Source: Mayamaea pseudoterrestris (Eukaryota). Taken from it: 64,000 nucleotides of DNA. The DNA is taken from contig BROI01000021.1 in NCBI GenBank assembly GCA_027923505.1, forward strand, positions 372,001-436,000. The letters are read 5' to 3'. Below are positions 35,591 to 48,760 of the stretch, piece after piece; positions within the stretch are counted from its first letter, which is position 1, and every line of letters starts with the position of its first letter. Both the position numbers and the translations under genes were made by a program. The notes under the pieces are model-generated. The model was not told the DNA's origin and did no database searches. It was given only the letters and a program-made list of their open reading frames with translations.

Positions 35591-38500
35591 CTTCAGGTCA
35601 GCAGCTTCTGTTGGCAGGTATTATGTGACTGCCTAACCTAGCAGTGGCAAACATCAGATCCCCACAACCTCTTTGTAAACTGGCTTGGGGCATGATCCAA
35701 GGACACAACTGGATAGTGTATAGTGCATTCACTATGTGCATTTGGCTCCTGCTTGTTGCCTGCCTCCAGATCCGCAGGATTTGCTGGTATTTACTATTCA
35801 ACTGCCGAACACCAACCTAGCAGTGGCAAACATGAAGTGCCCACACACTCTATGCGTACAGCCACTGTGCATGATCCAAGGGCACAAGACATACCTCCTT
35901 GGTGAATTTGGTTGGCGCATCAGCCTCCTGCTTGCCTTTTGCCTTCAGGTCAGCAGCGTCTGTTGGCAGGTACTATCTCACTGTCTATCCTAGCAGTGGC
36001 AAACATCAGATCCCCACAGCCTCTTTGTAAACTGGCTTGGGGCATGATCCAAGGTCACAAATTGATATTGTATAGTGCATTCACTTTGTGCATTTGCCTC
36101 CTGCTTGTTGCCTGCCTCCAGATCCGCAGGAGTTGCCGTTTTCAACTACCCAACTGCCCAACACCAACCTAGCAGTGGCAAACATGAAGTGCCCACACAC
36201 TCTATGCGTACAGCCACTGTGCATGATCCAAGGGCTCAAGACATACCTCCTTGGTGAATTTGGTTTGCGCATCATCCTCCTGCTTGTGTTGGCAGATACT
36301 ATGTGACTGCCTATCCTAGCAGTGGCAAACATCAGATCCCCACAACCTCTTTGTAAACTGGCTTGGGGCATGAACCTAGGTCACAAATGGATAGTGTATA
36401 GTGCATTCACTATGTGCATTTGCCTCCTGCTTGTTGCCTGCCTCCAGATCCGCAGGAGTTGCTGGTTTCTACTTCCCAACTGCCGAACACCAACCTAGCA
36501 GTGGCAAACATGAAATGCCCACACACTCTATGCGTACAGCCATTGTGCATGATCCAAGGGCACAAGACAAACCTCCTTGGTGAGTTTGGTTGGCGCATTA
36601 GCCTCCTGCTTGCCTTTTGCCTTCAGGTCAGCAGCTTCTCTTGGCAGGTACTATGTGACTGACTAACCTAGCAGTGGCAAACATCAGATCCCCACAACCT
36701 CTTTGTAAACTGGCTTCAGGCATGATCCAAGGTTACAAATGGATAGTGTATAGTGCATTCACTATGTGCATTTGCCTCCTGCTTGTTGCCTGCCTCCAGA
36801 TCCACAGGAGTTGCTGGTATGTACTACCCAACTTCCAAACACCAACCTAGTAGTGGCAAACATGAAGTGACCACACACTATATGCAAACAGCCACTGTGC
36901 ATGATCCAAGGGCTCAAGACATACCTCCTTGGTAAATTTGGTTTGCGTATCAGCTTCCTGCTTGCCTTTTGCCTTCAGGTCAGCAGCGTTTGTTGGCAGG
37001 TACTATGTGACTGCCTATCCTAGCAGTGGCAAACATCAGATCCCCACAACCTCTTTGTAAACTGGCTTGGGGCATGATCCAAGGTCACAAATAGATATTG
37101 TATATTGCATTCATTATGTGCATTTGCCTCCTGCATGTTGCCTGCCTCCAGACCTGCAGGTGTTGCAGGTTTCTACTACCCAACTGCCGAACCAACCTAG
37201 CAGTGGCAAACATGAAGTGTCCACACACTATATGCAAACAGCCACTGTGCATGATCCAACGACACAAGACATACCTCCTTGGTGAATTTTGTTTGCGCAT
37301 CAGCCTCCTGCTTGCCGAATGCCTTCAGGTCAGCAGCGTCTGTTGGCAGGTACTATGTGACTGCCTAACCTAGCAGTGGCAAACATCAGATCTCCACAAC
37401 CTCTTTGTAAACTGGCTTGGGGCATGATCCAAGGTCACAAATTGATATTGTATATTGCATTCATTTTGTGCATTTGCCTCCTGCTTGTTGCCTGCCTCCA
37501 GATCCACTGGAGTTGCTGGTATGTACTACCAAACTGCCAAACACCAACCTAGGAGTGGTAAACATGAAATGCCCACACTCTATGCGTACAGCCACTGTGC
37601 ATGATCCAAGGGCACAAGACATACCTCCTTGGTGAATTTATTTGGCACATCAGCCTCCTGCTTGCCTTTTGCCTTCAGGTCAGCAGCTTCTGTTGGCAGG
37701 TACTATGTGACTGCCTAACCTAGCAGGGGCAAACATCAGATCCCCACAACCTCTTTGTAAACTGGCTTGGGGCATGATCCAAGGTCACAAATTGATATTG
37801 TAGGTGCATTCACTATGTGCATTTGCCTCCTGTTGCCTGCCTCCAGATCCGCAGGAGGGTTTTAATAACCCGCAGTGGCAAACATCGAAATGCCCACACA
37901 CTCTATGCTTGAACAAGCTTCACTGTGCATGATCCAAGGGCACAAGACATACCTCCTTGGTGATTTTGGTTTGCGCATCAGCTTCCTGCTTGCCTTTTGC
38001 CTTCAGGTCAGCAGCTTCTGTTGGCGGGTACTATGTGACTGCCTAACCTAGCAGTGGCAAACATCAGATCCCCACAACCTCTTTGGAAACTAGCTTGGGG
38101 CATGATCCAAGGTCACAAATTGACTTTATTTTTTTTTATTTGAAGTGCATTCATTTTGTGCATTTGCCTCCCTGCTTGTTGCCTGCCTCCAGATCCGCAG
38201 GGAAGTTGCTGGTATGCTACTCACACAACTTGCCGAACACCAAACTAGCAGTGGCAAACATGAAGCAGCCCACACACTCTATGGCATGCCCCTGTGCATG
38301 ATCCAAGGGCACAAGACAGACCTCCCTTGGGGAATTTGGGTCTGGGCGCATCAGCCTCCTGGGGCTTGCCCTTTTGGGCCTTCAGGTCAGCAGCGCGTCT
38401 GTTGGTAGGTACTATGTGACTGCCTATCCCACAGCAGTAAGCAAACACCACATCAGGAATCCCCACAACCTCTTTGGAAACTGGTTTTGGGGTATGATCT

Positions 38501-41500
38501 AAGGTCACAAATAAATAAAGTATAGTGCATTCGCTATGTGCATTTGCCTCCTGCTTTGTTGCCTGCCTCCCAGATCCGCAGGTGGAGTTGCTGGTTTTCC
38601 TACTACCCAACTGCTAAACACCAACCTAGCAGTATGAACATGAAATGACCACACACTCTATGCGTACAGCCACTGTGATGATCCAAGGGCACAAGACATA
38701 TCTCCTTGGTGAATTTGATTGGCTTGCATCAGCCTCCTGCTTGCCGTATTGCCTTAGCAGGTCAGCAGCTTCTGTTGGCATGGGTACTATGTGACTGCCT
38801 AACCTAGTGCTTAAACATCAGATCCCCACAACCTCTTTGTAAACTGGCTTGGGGATGATCCAAGGACACAAACGGATAGTGTATAGTGCATTCACTATGT
38901 GCATTTGGCTCCTGCTTGTTGCCCGCTGTCTCCAGATCCGCAGGATTTGCTGGTATCTACTACCCAACTGCCGAACACCAAACTAGCAGTGGCAAACATG
39001 AAGTGCCCACACACTCTATGCGTACAGCCACTGTGCATGATCCAAGGGCACAAGACACCTCCTTGGTGAATTTGGTTGGCGCATCAGCCTCCTGCTTGCC
39101 TTTTGCCTTTCAGGTCAGCAGCGTGTCGTTGGTAGGTACTCTCACTGCCAAACCTAGCAGTGGCAAACATCAGATCCCCACAGCCTCTTTGTAAACTGGC
39201 TTGGGGCATGATCCAAGGTCACAATTGGATAATGTATAGTGCATTTTCACTTTGTGCATTTGCCTCGCCCGCGGAGCCACACCACAACCGCCTTTTATTT
39301 TTTGGCGCATCAGCCTCCTGCTTGCCGTTTTTCCTTCAGGTCAGCCGCGTCTGTTGGCTAGGTACTATGTGACTGCCTATCCTAGCAGTGGCAAACATCA
39401 GGATCCCCGCAACCTCTTTGTAAACTGGCTTGGGGTGCAGACCCAAGGTCACAAATGGATAGTGTATAGTGCATTCACTATGTGCATTTGCCTCCTGCTT
39501 GTTGCCTGCCTCCAGATCCCGCAGGAGTTGCTGGTTTGCACTTCCCAACTGCAAACACACCAACCTAGCAGTGGCAAACATGAAAATGTCCACACACTCT
39601 ATGCGTACAGCCACTGTGCATGATCAAAGGGCACAAGACAAACCTCCTTGGTGAGTTTGGTTGGCGATCAGCCTCACCTGCTTGTCTTGGCAGGTACCAT
39701 GGACTGCCTAATCTTAGCAGTGGCAAAACATCAGATCCCCACAACCTCTTTATGTAAACTGGCTTGGGGCATGAACCAAGGTCACAAATGGATAGTGTAT
39801 AGTGCATTCACGTTGTGCATTTGCCTCCCCTGCTTGTTGCCTGCCTCCAGATCCGCAGGTTTTGCTGGTATGCACTACCCAACTGCCAAACCAACCTAGC
39901 AGTGGCAAACATGAAATGCCCACACACTCTATGCGTACAGCCATTGTGCATGATCCAAGGGCACAAGACAAACCTCCTTGGTGAATTTGGTTGGCGCATT
40001 AGCCTCCTGCTTGCCTTTTGCCTTCAGGTCAGCAGCTGTGTTGGCAGGTACTTTTGTGACTGCCTATCCTAGCAGTGGCAAACATCCAGATCCCCACAAG
40101 CTCTTCTAAACTGGCTTGGGGCATGATCCAAGGTCACGAAATGGATAGTGTATAGTGCATTTCACTTTGTGCATTTGCCTCTGCTGTCTGCCTGCCTCCA
40201 GAATCCTAAGGAGTTGCTGGTTTCTACTACCCAACTGCCAAAACCAACCTAGCAGTGGCAAACATGAAGTGTTCCACAACTCTATGCGAACAGCCACCCA
40301 ATGCGCCAGATCCAAGGACACAAGACATACCTCCTTGGTGAATTTGGTTGGCGCATCAGCCTCCTGCTTTTGCCGGATGCCGTCAGGTCAGCAGCGTCTG
40401 TTGGCAGGTACTATGTGACTGCCTAACCTAGCAGTGGCAAACATCAGATCTCCACAACCTCTTTGTAAACTGGCTTGGGGCATGATCCAAGGTCACAACT
40501 GGATAGTGTATAGTGCATTCACTATGTGCATTTGCCTCCTGCTTGTTGCCTGTCTCCAGATCCGCAGGAGTTGCTGGTTTCTACTACCCAACTGCCAAAC
40601 ACCAAACTAGCAGTGGCAAACATGAAGTGCCCACACACTCTATGCGTACAGCCACTGTGCATGATCCAAGGACACAAGACATACCTCCTTGGTGAATTTC
40701 GTTTGCGCATCAGCTTCCTGCTTGCCTTTGGCCTTCAGGTCAGCAGCGTTTGTTGGCAGGTACTATGTGACTGCCTATCCTAGCAGTGGCAAACATCAGA
40801 TCCCCACAATCTCTTTGTAAACTGGCTTGGGGCATGATCCAAGGTCACAAATAAATAATGTATATTGCATTGGTTATGTGCATTTGCCTCCTGCTTGTTG
40901 CCTGCCTCCAGATCCGTAGGAGTTGCTGGTTTCTACTACCCAACTGCCAAACACCAACCTAGCAGTGGCAAACATGAAGTGCCCACACACTATATGCATA
41001 CAGCCACTGTGCATGATCCAAGGGCACAAGACATACCTACTTGGTGAATTTGGTTTGCGCATCAGCCTCCTGCTTGCCTTATTCCTTTAGGTGAGCAGCT
41101 TCTGTTGGTAGGTACTATGTGACTGCCTAACCTAGCAGTGGTAAACATCAGACCCCCACCAGCTTGTTGCCTGCCTTCAGATTCGCAGGAGTTGTTGGTA
41201 TGTACTATCCAACTGCTGAACACCAACCTAGCGGTGGCAAACATGAAGTGTCCACACACTCTATGCAAACAGCCACTTTGCATGATCCAAGGGCACAAGA
41301 CATACCTCCTTGGTGAATTTGGTTTGTGCATCAGCCTCCTGCATGCTGTATCCCTTCACGTCAGCAGCTTCTGTTGGCAGGGACTATGTGACTGCCTATC
41401 CTAGCAGTGGCAAACATCAGATCCCCACAACCTCTTTGTAAACTGGCTTGGGGCATGATCCAAGGTCACAAATGGATATTGTATAATGCATTCACTTTGT

Positions 41501-44500
41501 GCATTTGCCTGCAGCTTGTTGCCTGCCTCCAGATCCACAGGAGTTGCTGGTATGTACTACCCAACTTCCAAACACCACCCTAGTAGTGGCAAACATGAAG
41601 TGACCACACACGCTATGCATACAGCCACTGTGCATGATCCAAGGGCTCAAGACATACCTCCTTGGTAAATTTGGTTTGCGTATCAGCTTCCTGCTTGCCT
41701 TTTGCCTTCAGGTCAGCAGCGTTTGTTGGCAGGTACTATGTGACTGCCTATCCTAGCAGTGGCAAACATCAGATCCCCACAACCTCTTTGTAAACTGGCT
41801 TGGGGCATGATCCAAGGTCACAAATAGATATTGTATATTGCATTCATTATGTGCATTTGCCTCCTGCATGTTGCCTGCCTCCAGACCTGCAGGAGTTGCC
41901 GGTTTCTACTACCCAACTGCCGAACCAACCTAGCAGTGGCAAACATGAAGTGTCCACACACTATATGCAAACAGCCACTGTGCATGATCCAAGGGCACAA
42001 GACATACCTCCTTGGTGAGTTTGGTTTGCGCATCAGCTTCCTGCTTGCCTTTTGCCTTCAGGTCAGCAGCTTCTGTTGGCGGGTACTATGTGACTGCCTA
42101 ACCTAGCAGTGGCAAACATCAGATCCCCACAACCTCTTTGTAAACTAGCTTGGGGCATGATCCAAGGTCACAAATTGATATTGTATAGTGCATTCACTTT
42201 GTGCATTTGCCTCCTGCTTGTTGCCTGCCTCCAGATCCGCAGGAATGCTGGTATGTACTACCCAACTGCCGAACACCAACCTAGCAGTGGCAAACATGAA
42301 GTGACCACACACTGTACGCGTACAGCCCTTGAGCATGATCCAAGGGCACAAGACATACCTCCTTGGGGAACTTGGTTGGTGCATCAGCCTCCTGCTTGCC
42401 TTTTGCCTTCAGGTCAGCAGCATCTGTTGGTAGGTACTATGTGACTGCCTAACCTAGCAGTGGCAAACATCAGATCCCCACAACCTCTTTGTAAACTGGC
42501 TTGGGGCATGATCCAAGGACACAAATTGATATTGTATAGTGCATTCACTTTGTGCATTTGCCTCCTGCTTGTTGCCTGCCTCCAGATCTGCAGGAGTTGC
42601 TGGTATGTACTACCCAACAGCCGAACACCAACCTAGCAGTGGCAAACATGAAGTGCCCACACACTCTATGCGTACAGCCACTGTGCATGATCCAAGGGCA
42701 CAAGACATACCTCCTTGGTGAATTTATTTGGCACATCAGCCTCCTGCTTGCCTTTTGCCTTCAGGTCAGCAGCTTCTGTTGGCAGGTACTATGTGACTGC
42801 CTAACCTAGCAGTGGCAAACATACATCAGATCCCCACAACCTCTTTGTAAACTGGCTTGGGGCATGATCCAAGGTCACAAATTGATATTGTATAGTGCAT
42901 TCACTTTGTGCATTTGCCTCCTGCTTGTTGCCTGCCTCCAGATCCGCAGGAGTTGCTGGTATGTACTACCCAACTGCCGAACACCAACCTAGCAGTGGCA
43001 AACATCAAGTGACCACACACTCTATGCAAACAGCCACTGTGCATGATCCAAGGGCACAAGACATACCTCCTTGGTGAATTTGATTGGCGCATCAGCCTCC
43101 TGCTTGCCGTATGCCTTCAGGTCAGCAGCTTCTGTTGGCAGGTACTATGTGACTGCCTAACCTAGCAGTGGCAAACATCAGATCCCCACAACCTCTTTGT
43201 AAACTGGCTTGGGGCATGATCCAAGGTCACAAATGGATATTGTATAGTGCATTCACTTTGTGCATTTGCCTCCTGCTTGTTGCCTGCCTCCAGATCCGCA
43301 GGATTTGCTGGTATGCACTACCCAACTGCCGAACACCAACCTAGCGGTGGCAAACATGAAATGTCCACACACTCTATGCGTACAGCCACTGTGCATGATC
43401 CAAGGGCACAAGACATACCTCCTTGGTGAATTTGGTTTGCGCATCAGCCTCCTGCTTGCCTTTTGCCTTCAGGTCAGCAGCTTCTCTTGGCAGGTACTAT
43501 GTGACTGCCTATCCTAGCAGTGGCAAACATCAGATCCCCACAACCTCTTTGTAAACTGGCTTGGGGCATGATCCAAGGACACAACTGGATAGTGTATAGT
43601 GCATTCACTATGTGCGTTTGCCTCCTGCTTGTTGCCTGCCTCCAGATCCGCAGGAGTTGCTGGTATTTACTATTCAACTGCCAAACACCAACCTAGCAGT
43701 GGCAAACATGAAATGCCCACACACTCTATGCGTACAGCCACTGTGCATGATCCAAGGGCACAAGACATACCTCCTTGGTGAATTTGGTTTGCGCATCAGC
43801 CTCCTGCTTGCCTTTTGCCTTCAGGTCAGCAGCGTCTGTTGGCAGGTACTATGTGACTGCCTATCCTAGCAGTGGCAAACATCAGATCCCCACAACCTCT
43901 TTGTAAACTGGCTTGGGGCATGATCCAAGGTCACAAATGGATAGTGTATAGTGCATTCACTTTGTGCATTTGCCTCCTGCTTGTTGCCTGCCTCCAGATC
44001 CGCAGGAGTTGCTGGTATTTACTATTCAACTGCCAAACACCAACCTAGCAGTGGCAAACATGAAGTGCCCACACACTCTATGCGTACAGCCACTGTGCAT
44101 GATCCAAGGGCTCAAGACATACCTCCTTGGTGAATGTGGCTTGCGCATCAGCCTCCTGCTTGCCTTTTGCCTTCAGGTCAGCAGCGTCTGTTGGCAGGTA
44201 CTATGTGACTGCCTATCCTAGCAGTGGCAAACATCAGATCCCCACAACCTCTTTGTAAACTGGCTTGGGGCATGATCCAAGGTCACAAATTGATATTGTA
44301 TAGTGCATTCACTTTGTGCATTTGCCTCCTGCTTGTTGCCTGCCTCCAGATCCGCAGGAGTTGCTGGTTTCTACTACCCAACTGCCAAACACCAACCTAG
44401 CAGTGGCAAACATGAAGTGCCCACACACTCTATGCGTACAGCCACTGTGCATGATCCAAGGGCTCAAGACATACCTCCTTGGTGAATTTGGTTTGCGCAT

Positions 44501-47500
44501 CAGCCTCCTGCTTGCCTTTTGCCTTCAGGTCAGCAGCTTCTGTTGGCAGGTACTATGTGACTGCCTAACCTAGCAGTGGCAAACATCAGATCCCCACAAC
44601 CTCTTTGTAAACTGGCTTGGGGCATGATCCAAGGTCACAAATGGATAGTGTATAGTGCATTCACTATGTGCATTTGCCTCCTGCTTGTTGCCTGCCTCCA
44701 GATCCGCAGGAGTTGCTGGTTTCTACTACCCAACTGCCAAACACCAAACTAGCAGTGGCAAACATGAAATGCCCACACACTCTATGCGTACAGCCACTGT
44801 GCATGATCCAAGGGCACAAGACATACCTCCTTGGTGAATTTTGTTTGCGCATCAGACTCCTGCTTGCCGTATTCCTTCAGGTCAGCAGCGTCTGTTGGCA
44901 GATACTATGTGACTGCCTATCCTAGCAGTGGCAAACATCAGATCCCCACAACCTCTTTGTAAACCTACAAGGCATATGTATAGTGCATTCACTATGTGCA
45001 TTTGCCTCCTGCTTGTTGCCTGGTGTCTTGGCATGCACACTTGGTTTCGCCTTTTGCCTTCAGGTCAGCAGCTTCTCTTGGCAGGTACTATGTGACTGAC
45101 TAACCTAGCAGTGGCAAACATCAGATCCCCACAACCTCTTTGTAAACTGGCTTGGGGCATGATCCAAGGTCACAAATGGATATTGTATAGTGCATTCACT
45201 TTGTGCATTTGCCTCCTGCTTGTTGCCTGCCTCCAGATCCGCAGGAGTTGCTGGTATTTACTATTCAACTGCCAAACACCAACCTAGCAGTGGCAAACAT
45301 GAAGTGCCCACACACTCTATGCGTACAGCCACTGTGCATGATCCAAGGGCTCAAGACATACCTCCTTGGTGAATTTGGTTGGCGCATCAGCCTCCTGCTT
45401 GCCTTTTGCCTTCAGGTCAGCAGCGTCTGTTGGCAGGTACTATGTGACTGCCTATCCTAGCAGTGGCAAACATCAGATCCCCACAACCTCTTTGTAAACT
45501 GGCTTGGGGCATGAACCTAGGTCACAAATGGACAGTGAATAGTGCATTCACTTTGTGCATTTGCCTCCTGCTTGTTGCCTGCCTCCAGATCCGCAGGAGT
45601 TGCTGGTATTTACTATTCAACTGCCAAACACCAACCTAGCGGTGGCAAACATGAAATGTCCACACACTCTATGTGTACAGCCACTGTGCATGATCCAAGG
45701 GCACAAGACATACCTCCTTGGTGAATGTGGCTTGCGCATCAGCCTCCTGCTTGCCTTTTGCCTTCAGGTCAGCAGCGTTTGTTGGCAGGTACTATGTGAC
45801 TGCCTATCCTAGCAGTGGCAAACATCAGATCCCCACAACCTCTTTGTAAACTGGCTTGGGGCATGATCCAAGGTCACAAATGGATAGTGTATAGTGCATT
45901 CACTATGTGCATTTGCCTCCTGCTTGTTGCCTGTCTCCAGATCCGCAGGATTTGCTGGTATTTACTATTCAACTGCCAAACACCAACCTAGCAGTGGCAA
46001 ACATGAAGTGCCCACACACTCTATGCGTAAAGCCACTGTGCATGATCCAAGGGCTCAAGACATACCTCCTTGGTGAATTTTGTTTGCGCATCAGCCTCCT
46101 GCTTGCCTTTTGCCTTCAGGTCAGCAGCTTCTCTTGGCAGATACTATGTGACTGCCTATCTAGCAGTGGCAAACATCAGATCCCTACAACCTCTTTGTAA
46201 ACTGGCTTGGGGCATGATCCAAGGTCACAAATAATTATTGTATAGTGCATTCACTTTGTGCATTTGCCTCCTGCTTGTTGCCTGCCTCCAGATCCGCAGG
46301 AGTTGCTGGTTTCTACTACCCAACTGCCAAACACCAAACTAGCAGTGGCAAACATGAAGTGCCCACACACTCTATGCGTACAGCCACTGTGCATGATCCA
46401 AGGGCTCTAGACATACCTCCTTGGTGAATTTTGTTTGCGCACCAGCCTCCTGCTTGCCGTATTCCTTCAGGTCAGCAGCGTCTGTTGGCAAATACTATGT
46501 GACTGCCAATCCTAGCAGTGGCAAACATCAGATCCCCACAACCTCTTTGTAAACTGGCTTGGGGCATTATACAAGGTCACAAATTATTATTGTATAGTGC
46601 ATTCACTTTGTGCATTTGCCTCCTGCTTGTTGCCTGCCTCCAGATCCGCAGGAGTTGCTGGTATTTACTATTCAACTGCCAAACACCAACCTAGCGGTGG
46701 CAAACATGAAATGTCCACACACTCTATGTGTACAGCCACTGTGCATGATCCAAGGGCACAAGACATACCTCCTTGGTGAATTTTGTTTGCGCATCAGCCT
46801 CCTGCTTGCCTTTTGCCTTCATGTCAGCAGCGTCTGTTGGTAGGTACTTTGTGACTGCCTAACCTAGCAGTGGCAAACATCAGATCCCTACAACCTTTTT
46901 GTAAACTGGCTTGGGGCATGATCCAAGGTCACAAACTGATATTGTATAGTGCATTCACTTTGTGCATTTGCCTCCTGCTTGTTGCCTGCCTCCAGATCCG
47001 CAGGAGTTGCTGGTTTCTACTACCCAACTGCCAAACACCAACCTAGCAGTGACAAACATGAAGTGCCCACACACTATATGCGTACAGCCACTGTGCATGA
47101 TCCAAGGGCACAAGGCATACCTCCTTGGTGAATTTGGTTGGCGCATCAGCCTCCTGCTTGCCTTTTGCCTTCAGGTCAGCAGCTTCTGTTGGTAGGTACT
47201 ATGTGACTGCCTAACCTAGCAGTGGCAAACATCAGATCCCCACAGCCTCTTTGTTAACTGGCTCGGGGCATGATCCAAGGACACAAACTGATATTGTATA
47301 GTGCATTCACTTTGTGCTTTTGCCTCCTGCTTGTTGCCTGCCTCCAGATCCGCATGAGTTGCTGGTATCTACTACCCAACTGCCAAACACCAACCTAGCA
47401 GTGACAAACATGAAGTGTCCACACACTATATGAAAACAGCCACTGTGCATGATCCAAGGACACAAGACATACCTCCTTGGTGAATTTGTTTGCGCATCAG

Positions 47501-48760
47501 CCTCCTGCTTGCCGGATGCCTTCAGGTCAGCAGCTTCTGTTGGCAGGTACTATCTGACTGTCTATCCTAGCAGTGGCAAACATCAGATCCCCACAACCTC
47601 TTTGTAAACTGGCTTGGGGCATGACCCAAGGTCACAAATGCATAGTGTATAGTGCATTTACTATGTGCATTTGCCTCCTGCTTGTTGCCTGTCTCCAGAT
47701 CCGCAGGATTTGCTGGTATGCACTACCCAACTGCCGAACACTGACCTAGCGGCGGCAAACATGAAATGTCCACATACTCTATGCGTACAGCCACTGTGCA
47801 TGATCCAAAGGCTCTAGACATACCTCCTTGGTGAATTTTGTTTGCGCATCAGCCTCCTGCTTGCCGTATTCCTTCAGGTCAGCAGCTTCTGTTGGCAGAT
47901 ACTATGTGACTGCCTATCCTAGCAGTGGCTAACATCAGATCCCCACAACCTCTTGTAAACTGGCTTGGGGCATGATCCAAGGTCACAAATGGATAGTGTA
48001 TATTGCATTGGTTATGTGCATTTGCCTCCTGCTTGTTGCCTGCCTCCAGATCCGCAGGATTTGCTGGTATTTACTATTCAACTGCCGAACACCAACCTAG
48101 CGGTGGCAAACATGAAATGTCCACATACTCTATGTGTACAGCCACTGTGCATGATCCAAAGGCTCTAGACATACCTCCTTGGTAAATTTGGTTTGCGCAT
48201 CAGCTTCCTGCTTGCCTTTTGCCTTCAGGTCAGCAGCGTCTGTTGGCAGGTACTATGTGACTGCCTATCCTAGCAGTGGCAAACATCAGATCCCCACAAC
48301 CTCTTTGTAAACTGGCTTGGGGCATTATACAAGGTCACAAATTATTATTGTATAGTGCATTCACTTTGTGCATTTGCCTCCTGCTTGTTGCCTGCCTCCA
48401 GATCCGCAGGATTTGCTGGTATGCACTACCCAACTGCCGAACACCAACCTAGCGGTGGCAAACATGAAGTGTCCACACACTATATGCAAACAGCCACTGT
48501 GCATGATCCAAGGACACAAGACATACCTCCTTGGTGAATTTGGTTTGCGCATCAGCCTCCTGCTTGCCGGATGCCTTCAGGTCAGCAGCGTCTGTTGGCA
48601 GGTACTATGTGACTGCCTAACCTAGCAGTGGCATCAGATCCCCACAACCTCTTTGTAAACTGGCTTTGGGTATGATCCAAGGACACATCTGGATAGTGCA
48701 TAGTGCATTCACTATGTGCATTTGCCTCCTGCTTGTTCCCTGCCTCCAGATCCGCAGGAT
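35591..48760 (+). repeat. Satellite B: tandem array of a 352-bp dimer (179-bp + 173-bp related monomers), about 37 copies
   Basis: Anchor CCTAGCAGTGGCAAACAT at 43513, 43692 and 43865. Both halves share CATGATCCAAGG and GCCTCCTGCTTG; the ORF track repeats every 352 bp. Confidence 0.97.

Noticed and set aside
37800..40400. Apparently highly diverged zone in satellite B, including odd inserts near 38125 and 39265
   Set aside because: Differences are mostly 1-2 bp indels and homopolymer expansions, typical of unpolished long-read consensus. It is treated as probable sequencing error rather than biology.
44960..45050. Possible satellite-A fragments inserted in array B
   Set aside because: Matches are 9 bp or fewer within a locally deleted, garbled unit. 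A deletion or read error is more likely.
28557..48760. CRISPR-like array (palindromic repeats at regular spacing)
   Set aside because: The sequence between palindromes is itself repeated, so there are no unique spacers. No cas genes are present and the context is eukaryotic.
28557..48760. Common ancestry of satellites A and B
   Set aside because: Only short matches were found (TGTAAACTGG; loose CAAACAC..ACCTA..GTGCCCA on opposite strands), compatible with chance. It needs a profile alignment against shuffled controls.
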